Assembly: GCA_022605425.2 (NCBI GenBank) | Contig: CM061252.1 | Span: 682,001-746,000, forward strand | DNA: 64,000 bases | Origin: Hamiltosporidium tvaerminnensis FI-OER-3-3 | Lineage: Eukaryota > Fungi > Microsporidia | Direction of reading: 5' to 3' | Part shown: positions 1 through 12,800 of the stretch, in pieces | Position numbering within the stretch: position 1 is the first letter of the stretch | Layout: every line of letters begins with the position of its first letter | Program-made: the position numbers and the translations under genes | Notes under the pieces: model-generated | Told to the model about the DNA's origin: nothing | Seen by the model: only the letters and a program-made list of their open reading frames with translations | Databases searched by the model: none

Positions 1-1188
1 TTTTATGGTTTAATTTACACGTTCTACTTGACCTTGCGCCTTCGAATCGCGCGGTCTTCCATGTATAATTTTGATGTTATGGTCAGTTAAAAAGGCTTTG
101 AGTAGTGTATTTTCAAACTCTTGGCAGTTATCAAATTGTATTTCCACCGGGGCGCAACGTTGTCAAATAAAAATATTAATGAATCTTTACTAATTCCGAA
201 GTTTTATTAATCAGCTTAAAGCTCCAAGATGTTTTGTGTATGTGTAGAATACATTAAGAACTCAGCTATATTGATCATTTTTATCACTGTATCCCACGAT
301 ATCTACACAATCTATCACAAAAAGATCATATTTTTTGGTAATATGATTTATATATATTGGCTGAATTGTTTTTAGAGAATTGAATCCACTACATGCTTCA
401 CAGTCTTTTACAACTTTTTTCTATATGCCTTGGGAATCCAATACTATTTTCCTACAATGAAAGCCATCATTTTATTTACTCCGATGTGTGAATAGCACGC
501 ATATTTGAATAATTTGTTTCATTAAGACAGTTTCAAATCCTAAAACAGCTCTTATTAGATGATCGCACCTTTTAAAAGAAATATCATACCCGAGCAAAGT
601 AAAATTTTCTGCTTTGTGTCTCAACAACCTCTTTTCTTCTTTAGAATACTCAGCTAGATACTGATAGTTTTTAAATATGTTGTAAGAATTTTTTTTTCTT
701 GCCTATTTTTACAATTTACAATTTTTGGCAGTTTGGTTATGTTATATTTTTATATATTATAATCTGAATACTTAGAAAAAAAACAAATAATATGAAGGCA
801 TTAAATAAATTTATACACGATGTAATGTTGTTTGGTGTCTGTATCGAATTATACAACGAAATTTCGCTTTACAAATACTGACAATTGCAAAAATCCGAAA
901 AAGCAAAAAAAGAACTTAAAAAAATAATATAAATTTAATTGGATATTTCATCAATAATAAACACATCCAATTGTTTATACAAAAGAAATGTTAAGAAAGG
1001 ATCGATAAGAAATATCGGAAGGGAAACTAAAATAAGCAGATGTATAGGAATTGGGGAAATAAATAGGTTATAGGGGTATAGGAATTAAAGGGCTTTTAGA
1101 AAAATATAAAGGGGTTATCAATATTCAAAATGTATAGGAAATAACGGGGGAGCTATTGGACATGGGGGGGGTTTATTGGCGCGTGACA
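1..1188 (-). mobile_element. Decayed Ginger/GIN-like integrase-only DNA transposon (cut by window edge), 5' terminus at 1188
   Basis: Minus-strand remnants read QGQVERVN.TIK (1-55), IQFDNCQEF (~115-145) and YSKEEKRLLRHKAENF (~605-655). No RT lies upstream. The end reads inward TGTCACGCGCCAATAAACCCCCCC. GTATAGGAA subterminal repeats occur at ~1042, 1076 and 1132. Confidence 0.65.
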
Positions 1189-1399
1189 TTTTATATTAAA
1201 AATTTAATCAACCTTGTCTCTATTTAAAACTAAAAACATTATTTTTTAAAAAATTTATGTCAATACAACATCACTTAAAAGTTTTAGCACGGGCTACTTC
1301 AGTTTTAATTGCGACTTCCTTTTTATGATTATTCGAACATGTTCTGTTTAAAAAAGACACGTTTAATCAAATAGTGCGTTATACACAAGAAAAGTAGAA

Positions 1400-2400
1400 G
1401 AACCCTAAAAAATACTAGGTTTTAAAAAAATGAAATTTTGCATATCTTAATGCTTCTGCGAAGAAAAACGAAATATAAAACACAAGAGAAGTTTTTCAAT
1501 AAAGGAGAGTATTTATAACCACATTTGGAATCTTTTAAAGACTCACCGTAATAAAAATTCTGGACTCAAGAAGAGGTCACAAATATCAAGTAGATGACGC
1601 TCAAATGTACAAAATGATATACAAGAATGGAAAACATAATGTTTTTTAAAAGTTAAATAGGACTAGAATAACGAGCTAGTGTGTTGTTATGATTCCTTTA
1701 AATTATAGATAGGATTATATAAAGCCAATTAATAAAATCATATTCCATTTTTTTCAGGAGTTATAAAAATTATCGGTTGGTAAAGGACTCTGAATATTCT
1801 AGAATATTAGAATTTAAATGAGATATATATCAGTAAATTGTGAAAAAAACACAGACACTATAAAAAAACTGGAAAATGTTATGAAATATTCTAAGCATTT
1901 ATATCAATTTAAAACATATATAATTCATCGAATTAACTAATTTGAAGCCATTCCGCGCAAAAAATGTAATAGAATTATGCTGAAATAGAATAGAAATTAA
2001 AATAGAACCCGGTATCAAAGGCTACAATACTAGAGATGTTATAAGCATTAGAAAAAACCAATAAAAATAATCGCTTTTTGAACTCGGAATCATTTTAAAT
2101 AGTTCGCTCTAAATTTTTGAAAGCATAAAGCTAATTGATAGCCAGTTTTTACGGTGATTCTGATTTTGCAATAGGTGTATTAAGAAAATGGTTTCTTCTG
2201 TAAAAAAAAGAGTACGATGGTTTCACACATTAAATGAATTTTATTTTTGAATCTCCATTACCTATAAGGCTCAATCTACCTAGAGAAGCAAATGTTTATA
2301 AAAAAAAGAAACAACATAACTTCTATGTGCCAACTATGAGTAAATCAGATCAAACGCCTATTTGAGGGGATTTTTAAAAGATCAGGGTGTTAAACAAAAA
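1400..2400 (+). mobile_element. Highly decayed Ty1/Copia-like RT-RNaseH remnant
   Basis: Motif traces in the expected order: KYK..RxFxQKxGxxYxxTF-like (~1470-1525), FYGDSDFA (~2148-2170), YVPT (~2324-2335). Many stops and frameshifts. Confidence 0.4.
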
Positions 2401-4082
2401 AATGGAAACTATTAGTCTTTATTTATTTTAAAGGATCTGAAGAAGGAAGATGTATACCTAAAGAAAATTTGAAATTTTGTTGTCTAAATTCTATTGTTAC
2501 AGTTCGCCAAAGATTTAATAAAAACTAAGAATTAAGATAGATATAGAAGAAGATGATAAATAGTTCAGTTTATAAAATAATTCAACGCAACGAAGGTAAA
2601 TGACAGTGAATCTACTATTGCTTATTCTTTTGATTTTAAATATATCTTTGATATAAATAATATGCTATAAACAGTATACTACTTTATATTTATATTTACA
2701 AAAATTATATAAATTTTTAGAGTAAAAACATGATTGGTTTATTCTTTGTATGGTTAAAATCTTCAGTAAAACAAATGTTGTAAGTTTAAATTATTTTTAT
2801 ATCAGATACAGTGTATAAAATAAGACCTACTTTTAATACGATTAAGTTGATAAAAAAGCATCATAAAATTAAAATATTATTTTGCAAAAAAATAAGATTT
2901 AAGTTATCATAACTTTTAGCATATCTTTATTCTTTGTTGTTTTTAAAGTTCTAAAAACATCATTTCGTGGTATTTAAGGCGACCTATTAACAAATCAATC
3001 ATGTTTAGGTATCATTGTGGTTTTTAAAGTAAGGATTTAAATATAAGCTTGCATAATAACTAAAAAAATGTTAAATTCAAACATGCATTCCTCTAATTTC
3101 AGAGAAAAGATTAAATTTTGGTTAAAGATTGTAAAAAAATATCATTTATCAAAAAATAAGTTTAAAATTGACAACAATAGCACCAAACATAGTAGAGATC
3201 ACTATAGAAATTTTTCTTGCGCGAGGATAAGGATATTTCTTAAGAATGTGTAGCTAAGAAAGTTGAGATAATTTAATCCATCGGATTTTAATTTTTTGTA
3301 TTAATAATGATTAAGAAATTTTTATGTAAAAAAGATGGTATGAAAGAAAGCAGAAAATGGAATGTGTTGAACTAACTCAAGCTAGTTATTCGATTGAATA
3401 AACCTTGTAGCTAGGTACGTAGTTTGAAAGAATATAACACTTAAGTTTTCTTCTTAAACCCATTCATATAATCTAATATTAACCTTTTATCGTATTAATC
3501 TTATTTTTTTGTAATTATTTATAAATAAAGAAACGATTCAAATTTTTGAAATGTAATTTAATTTAATTTTCAAAAACATATGATTTTTGCATTCCTTAAT
3601 GGGATTACAGATATGATTAAAGAAGATTGCACTTTTTAGAGCCTTACGATGAAACCTTGTATATTTTTAAAATTATATAAAAATGTTTTTTTGGCCCATT
3701 TCTTCTGTTACTTGAAAATTATTAGCAGTCGAAGCTCTGAATAATTGGAATGTAAAAATTCTTAAGAAAGATAGAATTATAGGTATTATTATTTCTTTGT
3801 CAAAGAAATAGCTATACTCATGGAGGATTATTTGAAGACTTATGTATAATATTAAAATATAGTTTAATTCTAAGAAAGTAGAACGAGGCATTAAATCGCT
3901 TATTTTTTTAGGTAAACTAACAACCAATATAGAGAATACACTCCTAATATAGCATCTGCTTATTACACGCAATCGTATTGATTTCTTGTTTGTAAAAAAA
4001 TTATAAATGTAAATTATATTGTAAAATGCTTGAGTTGTAATCTAACTATTACAATCGTTTTTTCATCAAATATAAAAGATTA

Positions 4083-4256
4083 TTATCGCATAAATCTTAA
4101 AAATATTTTAAAGCTGCCGTAATTTTCGGGAATGCTGCTAAGTTTGAAGTACTTCTCCAACAAGGAGATCGTCTTCCTGCTCACCATTCCTCCGTCGTTG
4201 TATAAAGAATTGTTTTTAAAATCAGAATAATTCTCTTTATTAATTTTGTTCATCAT
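4083..4256 (-). CDS. Small ORF (57 aa), homologous to 32440-32601; unknown function
   Basis: MMNKINKENYSDFKNNSLYN...LLEKYFKLSSIPENYGSFK aligns without gaps to a second copy 28 kb away. Both have GTGCCATGATG just upstream or at the start. Confidence 0.35.
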   Translation of the reverse strand: MMNKINKENYSDFKNNSLYNDGGMVSRKTISLLEKYFKLSSIPENYGSFKIFLRFMR

Positions 4257-5270
4257 GTCATCATGGCACAATCCTCTTTTTCTTTTTAAAGTATAAAATA
4301 AAAATTTTATATTTTTGTGATATAAATAATATCACAAAATCATACAAATTTGCAAAGAAAGTATAACTTAAAATAGAAAAGAGCCATAAACTAATATTTT
4401 TATTTGTAATTACAGATTAACTTGTGTTTTTTTAGACAATATTTTGAAAGAAAATTGCAAGATATATTTTATATAATGATTGCTTCTTTAGAATCAACGC
4501 TTTTTTAAAGGAAAAAAATTAAATTTTATTTATCGGTTTGACTCTATTTTAAGATTATTTTCATAGATTCTAAAACTCCTCACAATTTTCTACAATTTTT
4601 TTTTTAATATATTAATTAGAGAATATATGGAATTAATGGAGATTAGTTGGTTAATATTGCAGTCCGCTACGTGTTTTTTTTCTTTTAATTCAAAAACAAA
4701 CTTTATATAAAAATTAAAAAAATAGCTTAATACAATTAAGGGCGGCTTGTTTTACAAATGTTCAAAATAAAAATTTAAGCTTTTCCATAAAGTAATAGCT
4801 TTAAACCAATTTTTACTCATTATATATGATACCAAACATAATTTAAACTTTAGAAATATTTTCTTGGATTTCAAATTTAAATCAATATTTTTCATAAGTT
4901 ATATGTATATGTACAATATCGAAAATAATTTTTATTAGGTAAGACTTAAAATTTCTTTTTATTACAAGTTTTCTACTCATGTTCAATAAACTGATAATAA
5001 TAATTTGAATTTGAAAACAGAAGCCAATATTTTATCGATTGCAAAAAAACAAAAACGTACTTTGTGAGGTTATGGAAAAATAAATTAAATAAAGCCATTT
5101 CTTAATGTGAAACATCGAAATCTATAAATTTTTAAGAGGGAAATTCTAACAAATTACATTAAATCATAAACCTTTGCTTTAAGACTTATTTTATAATTTA
5201 AAAGTATAACGTTCGATAAATTAAAATTTGAGATAGATTGAACAAATTATATTTGTTAAAAAAATGGATT

Positions 5271-5509
5271 TCCAACTATACTTGTGCATAATTGGCTTGG
5301 AGTATTCTCTGCTCTTCGTAAGAGGCACCTGAAAGGGATTCGTCCTCCATGTTGGGGTTGAGCGTAGAGCTAACAATTCACCCTGAAAAAACACCTTGTT
5401 ACGAAACCCAAAAAAGTAAACAAATCGACCAGAATAAGACATCCGGCAGTATTGCTGAGGGATTCCAAGGCGCGTGCATGGATGTAGTTCTGACGATAAA
5501 TTATACGTC
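5271..5509 (+). mobile_element. Older copy of the ~240-bp RTE-derived SINE-like element
   Basis: Colinear with the reverse complement of 57177-57416 (AATTGGCTTGGAGTATTCTCTGCT..TCGTAAGAGGC; TCCTCCATGTTGGGGTTG.GCGTAG.GCTAACAA; GTTACGAAA; CCAAGGC.CG). Degenerate TSD AAAAAATG(G)ATT at 5259-5270 and 5510-5520. Confidence 0.85.
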
Positions 5510-7704
5510 AAAAAATGATTTTATTACAATTTCTAGTATTCTTAAAGTTTTAAACCTTTACCTATGATTGAATTGAAGCTGGCTGAAAAGAAACTGCATA
5601 TCCGATCACTTCACAAATTCATAGTATATATATGGAAAACTGAACGTTTTCACAATAAAAAATAAAACAAACCACTAAGTCTGTGATTGGTCTAAAATCT
5701 ATAATTTATAAAAAAAGAGACAATTTAAATATCCAAAGTTCTATAATTGGAAAATCTATGCATCAATAATATTTTTCTATCCAGAATCAAAGGACCAAAC
5801 CTTTATTTATAGACAAAGCAACATAGCATTTTACTATTTTAGATACGTATAATTGTCTAATTCTGACTTATTCAAATGATTATTTGTTGCCCGATATCTA
5901 TAGGCGATATACTATAGTAAAATACGAGGTTTTCTAGTATTATGCTAAAAAATAAACTAATTTGCGAATGTTATAAATATGATTGGTAGTCATATTTAAT
6001 TAATTATGTTTTAAATTCGTATTTAATGTTGATATCAATTAGTATTTATTTTTGTTTTACTTTTAAGAGTCAATGTTTTCGATGATATAAGTTTAAAATA
6101 ATTTAGTATAAAAAAATAGAAATAAATTTTGAATTTAAAGTAAAAACTCTAAAATAAATGCAAAAAAAAAGTACATGATTTTTGTCATTCAAAAACCTTG
6201 AAATAAATATTTGAACAATCATAGACTTAAAAGTCATTTTGACTAATAGTATTTTAAATTATATAGAAAATCTTGTATTGAAAGAGTCTAAAACCATAAG
6301 AATAAGTAGTTAATGAATCTTATTTACTTATTCCATTTCTCTTTTATCTCGCCGTGTCAAGAATGAACAACAAAAAATTTTTTAATTGCTTCATTTAATC
6401 TTTTGTAACTCGGGTCATAGAGTATTTGTTTATAGATCCGATGTGCTTTATATCTTATCAAAATGTCAACAATGATTTTCACATCAATTTCACAAACTCA
6501 TTCCCAAACAGATAGCTTTTAATGTGGTTCTTATATCCTATACATTCGTGTAAAGAAATACTTGATTAAAATACTTGTTTTTGCAAAAATAACAACAAAT
6601 TGTAAAATATGGCGATTCTATTTCCATATTATTGTACATTTCGAAAGTATTCATTAGTACAGAAACCTATGCTATTAAAAAAAATTCCAAAATTTTTATA
6701 CTTAAAGAGATTTTGTGATATATTAGCTATACCCGCATACATTTAAGGCCTAAGCATAAAAACTTAAAAGAGTTATTTTTAATCTGATTTACGTGAAATT
6801 AAAAATATAGAAATTGACTCGAATAATTATTTGATAACTGCTTTATATTATAGGCGCGAAAAGATATATTATTTGTATTGGCATAGATAGACGTAGAATT
6901 TTAAACTTACTATTTCGTATTAATTCAATAAAAATAAATAACATACATCTAAATAATGTAGATTCTCTACAAATATTCTCTTTTAGATTTATTAGAAGTA
7001 AAATAAAGTTTTCTCGCTTATATAAAATTTAAAATGATCAGATTTTTTTAAATGAAATTCGTTAGCGAAAATTAAATTTCTTTAAATATATTATAAAGTT
7101 AAATTTTATCGTCTTGATTGAAATTAAAAATAAATTAAATTACTATCTTTAGTATTACTTACAATAATTTCGGTTTGTATTTTTATAAATCAAAAATATC
7201 CGCCTTTAAAGAATTATACGCAAAAAAAAGTTTAAAATAGATTTGCTGAAATAGCACAGACTATTATAAGCTAAAAAAATTGAAAGCAATTAAATTTAAT
7301 TACAATAATCACAATGTTCCGAATATTATCAATTCAATAATATAGTCTAGTTTATCTAGGCTTGATACATGTTGATAAACTAGGTTGAATCTATCACCGG
7401 AAATTAAATATTGGATTTAAACTGTGATCTAAAATAAAAAAGAGTCTTAGAAACATACTAGCTTTAAAATATAACTAAAAATTGTTTCTACCGCCATATA
7501 TCTTAGTTGAGATGAAAGCAAAAAAGCAACCTACATTTGTGATATAAATATTTTATATTATCATAAACCAAAATATTTATCTATTTCAATGATATTATAA
7601 CAGAAAAATTGTAAAGCTTGAAAAGAACGAAAGGAACTAAAATTTATTTAAGTATAATTTGTTTGAATGATTTCAAAACTTTAATTTTATATATGAACTA
7701 AAAT

Positions 7705-9693
7705 TTATTTTCGTTTAAAATTCATTTTTAAATTATAATGGTATTTAAGAAACAATTGAATATATTCAAGTCTTTTATTACATTCCGAGAATGCTTGGAT
7801 CTCATATGATTCCGTATACGCTTGTGAATTCCATCCACATTTTATAAAAAAATTGAATAGAACACATAAAGCTTCGGCTGTTTGTGACCAAGATTTGAAA
7901 TTTAATTGATTAATTAGAAGCTTTTCAATATAATAAGGTTCAAATAAGTTATAAAAAGTTGAATTTATATTTTCTAAATAGCAAAAATTTTTACTTTTCG
8001 AAAATTTAATTTGTAAAGCTTCATGTTTGAAAAAATCAATATATGCTAAAACAATTCTCTTATAGATTATTTGAAAGTCTACAATTGATTCATCGTTCAA
8101 AATATTAGCCTCGTGCGTAATATTCCAGAAAAATTTAGAAATCTTAGAACGAAATTCTCCGCCGTTTAAATTGATAAGCTTTTGCTTTTCCATCTGCAAA
8201 ATAAAAATTGATATGGTGTTTGGACTCATTCTAAGCATACAATCTCTTATGACCCTAATATACCCTATAGGCTTACCAAGTGAGATATGAATATCTTTAT
8301 TGCTAAAATAGAGACTTTTATTTATAAAATCAAGCATCTGAGTAGATTCTGGAAAAATTTCTGTTTTTTTAAAAATATGTCTAGCCATTGTATCAAATAA
8401 TTCATATTGACTTCTTATCAAAGTAAAAATATAGTTATCTCCGTTGTATGCATCATATTCACTGTATTTTGGGCAACAATTTTTCCCGGATGATATTTGA
8501 TTCAGATGTTTGTTCTTTAATGGAAACATACTAAGTGATTGTACAAATTTAAGCAGAAAAATCCATAAACAAGAGTTTTTCACCAAATTTATATCATTGA
8601 GAATTATATTTTTAATAAAGTGTTTTATATGTATTAAACCAGGATAATAAGTAAAAATAGGAGAATTATCATTATATAAATTGATTTTCTCAACACATTC
8701 TAACATATTTTCGCCTATATTTCGAAGTATGCCAGGATTCCCAGATTTATGCCAAAAAGTTTCTTCTTTTTCGGCCACTGAATCTATCAGATCGAAAAAT
8801 GGAGTAGGATCTGTTTGTAAATAGTTAGCATCAATATAAAAGTCGCCTGATATAAAAGTTTGTATGTCCGAAGAAAATAACTCTTTTCGTGATTCATTAA
8901 GAACGGCATATGATTTTCCTTTTGTATTTATTATTTTTTCTTGATATTTTTTTTTTAGTAAATCCAATTTATGTTCCAAGCTTTCTTTTGCGATTTCTAG
9001 TTTAGATTTAGACATTTTTGAAATATCAATAGTACTGGATGATTCAAGAAAACTTTTAGTATCGGAATCAGAGTCAATGTATAACGGATCAACTATTTCG
9101 GATTTTAAAAAAAAGTCTGGCGTTTTTCGCTGCTCAGTAGAATTATAATGCTCATCCGAGGTATCATTCCGAAATTCTAAACCGGCTTGATGCTTGTCGA
9201 TGTCTGATGTTCTTTGTTTTTCCACTTTGTTACAATAAAAATGAGTATCTGTCTCAGATGAATAATTTCTTGATAAATCTACAGAAATACTTCTCTTTTT
9301 ATAAGGATGATAACGAAGCATTTGTTTCTTGTTTTTTTGGACTTTGTTTCCTAAATTATGAAAATCTTTGGCATTTCCTTCCAGATATTTTTCTTCACCA
9401 TTCGAAAAAAATTCAGATAAAATCTCTTTCTTTATCTCATATTGGGCATCAGATTCGTTATCAGCAGTTCTAATTTGTTGTGTAACATCCAAAATCGGAC
9501 AGGAATTGCAGAAGTGTTCGGTATCATTTGCTTCATTTAAACATTCTTTATTGTTTTCGAATATATTTGTATTCAAATCATAATTCGCTTGGGAACTTTC
9601 TTTTTTCAAGGAATTATAACAATCGGTGTTTATGTATCTCGAGGAATATATTATATTTAATTTGCATAATATATAGAAATATTTCATAAACAT
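7705..9693 (-). CDS. Orphan 662-aa protein, putatively secreted, paralog A
   Basis: Long intact ORF with a near-identical paralog at 20306-22294. Short hydrophobic N-terminus; basic KKQMLRYHPYKKR motif. Confidence 0.9.
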   Translation of the reverse strand: MFMKYFYILCKLNIIYSSRYINTDCYNSLKKESSQANYDLNTNIFENNKECLNEANDTEHFCNSCPILDVTQQIRTADNESDAQYEIKKEILSEFFSNGEEKYLEGNAKDFHNLGNKVQKNKKQMLRYHPYKKRSISVDLSRNYSSETDTHFYCNKVEKQRTSDIDKHQAGLEFRNDTSDEHYNSTEQRKTPDFFLKSEIVDPLYIDSDSDTKSFLESSSTIDISKMSKSKLEIAKESLEHKLDLLKKKYQEKIINTKGKSYAVLNESRKELFSSDIQTFISGDFYIDANYLQTDPTPFFDLIDSVAEKEETFWHKSGNPGILRNIGENMLECVEKINLYNDNSPIFTYYPGLIHIKHFIKNIILNDINLVKNSCLWIFLLKFVQSLSMFPLKNKHLNQISSGKNCCPKYSEYDAYNGDNYIFTLIRSQYELFDTMARHIFKKTEIFPESTQMLDFINKSLYFSNKDIHISLGKPIGYIRVIRDCMLRMSPNTISIFILQMEKQKLINLNGGEFRSKISKFFWNITHEANILNDESIVDFQIIYKRIVLAYIDFFKHEALQIKFSKSKNFCYLENINSTFYNLFEPYYIEKLLINQLNFKSWSQTAEALCVLFNFFIKCGWNSQAYTESYEIQAFSECNKRLEYIQLFLKYHYNLKMNFKRK

Positions 9694-9887
9694 GGTCTTA
9701 CAATTTAGATGGTTTATATATTAAAGAATTAATTAAATTTTAATGAAACATACGGATAAAAAATATTTTGCTGGTTAATTAAATATTAATATTATTTTTT
9801 ATCAAAATATGTTTTAATCAGTTCACGATAATATTTTCTCAATTTTAGATTTTTTTTACAATTTTTTTATGTGTTTTGCAACATAAA

Positions 9888-12800
9888 TCCTCTATCTATC
9901 TATATATCTAAAAATAAGTGTGATTGTGTGTGTGTGTTTTAAGAATGTAAATAATAGATATTATTTCTTAATAAACAGGTATTTTTTTAATTATAAATGT
10001 AATTTATCTAAAAAGTTTATTATGGAATTTTTATTAAAAAGATATAATATGCGTGGGTGAATTAAAAAGTATTAATATAACGGGTATCATGTATAAGAGT
10101 GTTAATATCACAAGTGGTTTGCAGAGTGCTTCTGAAATAAGTGTACATGTTAAATGATCCTAGTAATATACAAATATTATTAAAAAATGTGTTATTTATT
10201 CTTTATACTCTATCATCAAATTTGCTTTATAAAAAAAGTACAAATATAGACAGTGTGATTGTAGAACGTATGCCTCACAAATCGAAAAATAATCTTCGAA
10301 ATCGAACGGTCGAAAGATAGAAAAGAATTAGGAGGTAGGGCCCAAACAGAGCATCACAATAAAAAGTTGGAATTCAATCGATTGCGCACCGCACAATTCC
10401 GCTTAAATGAAACAACAGAACATCGAAATATAACGGAACGATTGTGTACTGCAAGATTCTTTTAACTGATTTAAAGGAACAAAAGGAAGTAAGACTGGAG
10501 ATCAATTGAAAGTGCAATGTTCGAATTAGAAAAAAAATGCTTCGATTGCAAGTTTGCTGCGTTCCATTGAGGCTGATTATCATTAAAGTCTTCATAATAG
10601 TGTTGTCTTACGAAAAATATTCAAGTTTTTTTTATTTCATCTTGTCCTGAAATTAAGGAGCGAAACCCCAAGAATGTGCTTTGCGGGTGGAAAAGTGAAA
10701 TTGCCGGAAATAAATCCCCAATCGGAACCATTATCTACATTAACTTCAGGTGAAAAAATATGATAAAAACATTTTTATGCCAAATATATGGATGTATAAT
10801 TCTGTTTCTAATTACAGCATTCGGAGAAAGAGAATATACGTGAAAATTATATGCTGACATACAAAGTACAGAGGCGCTTATATCCTCGGGCTGATAACTT
10901 TTACCAAAAGCAAATTCAAATCATAAATTCCTTCAAAATTATTTTATGTGAACCAAGGAAACCCAAATTGATCAACTTTTTTGAGTAAACACTAATTCTA
11001 ATCGACAAATTATTGTTTCATTTCAAATATTATTTGATTAAACAACGAACTGGTCAGGCTATTTAGGACAGCTATTGAAAAAAAGCCAGTTGATAATTTG
11101 ATGTTATAATTAAAGCTGACAAAACACAGGCCAGTGAACATCAAAGAAAATAAAACTCTCCTAAAATTAATAAGGTAGCAGTTTTAATAGTTGAAACTAA
11201 ATTTAACAATTTATATAATTTAAAAGATTCTTTTTCAGAAAGATGGTAATTTTTGTAGATTCTAAAAGTTTTCGCTCCTATGACACTTTGCGACATCTAA
11301 CTTTAGTTTGGAAAGTTGATGAATATCATTTAACATCAAAATGAAAACGCCACAACTACATGAATAGACAAATAAGAAATTTGGTGCTATAAATAACTAT
11401 TCTTATCGATTTATGATCCGTAAAAACCAAAAAAATTATATTTTAAACTGTCGGAAATTGTTTCCTCAATCATTTCGATATGCATGCAAAAATCGTAACC
11501 GAAAGACTACTTTTCAATTGAATAAATCAAACTAAATTACGTTCTGAGATATATATTCATTTACGAGACGCTGTTTCTACCGACAACAATCTCTATAAAG
11601 CAGCAAAAATGATCATTCTGCCGATTTTAGGGAAGTCTACGGCACTTACAAAATACGCTCTAGATGCGATGGCTCAGGTTTGTGCACACGTTCGTGTAGA
11701 TTTACTCATTAGATTCAAGGGCAATCTTACTTGGGCTGAAATCAAAGAACTTCTGATACATGAATAATCTTCTTTGATTCTACATGAAATCATTGTACGT
11801 GTATTCAAACAAAAATTTAAGTCAATGATATATTTTATTGTAAAACACATGTTTTTGATATATACGCTGTTGGATGTACTCTATTAAATGGGAAAAAAAG
11901 AAACTAAAACATGCACATATTCTTATATGGTAGGTCGAAAAAATTGCACCTGACAGAATTGATACTATCATTTATGCAGAAATACAAAATTCAGAAATTG
12001 ATCCTAAATTATTTGAAATTATCATAAAAAAATATGATTCATGGACTATGTTTGGCGATCAACAAGCCTTCTTTGTGTGTTTAAGATGGCCAATGCACGA
12101 AACGCTATTCAGAAGACTTACACGCCGAAACAATAACAGAAAATGATAGGTATCTATAATATCGTCGCTGGAAGTTAAAGATGGGTGGTCAATGATCATT
12201 AAAGTGAAAAAAAGACTTTGAAGTAATAGTCGCCAGGTTGTACCGTACTCTTCATTACTCTCAAAAATGTTTAAAACCCATATTAATCTCGAGTATTGCG
12301 ATTCGGTAAAATCTATCAAATAAAGTTGTAAATATGTCAACAAAGGCTGTAATTTGCAATTTTCGGTTTGTAAAAAACGGATTACCAATTGATGAAATCG
12401 AAAATTTTTCATTATGACACTATATTAGTACCACTATAGCAATTTTACGTATTTTTAATTTCATTCATGAACGTTATCCGACAGTTGTTTATTGGCGGCG
12501 TGTTTTGAAAATGAGCTCGTGTGTATTCCACAAAAAATACATGCAAAAGCATCATATGCACCACTGACTGCATTAACCGACTTCTTCAAATGAGCTCTGA
12601 AGATTTCTTTGCAAGAACGCTACTTTACCCTGAAGGGCCACTCTTATACTTATAGAATGCAGTAACTAAAAAACTTCAAAGCTGTGAACGAGGGTAAATG
12701 TTGATGAGAATTCAAATATATATTATTCGGGCTCTTAAAGCTGTCTTGTTACAGTTCCTCGACACAATCAAGAATTTTTTTTTTGTCGGCTTTGTTAGTA

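Noticed and set aside
6700-6760. DILAIPA trace resembling a hAT dimerisation domain
   Set aside because: Single short motif with no supporting termini or other motifs.
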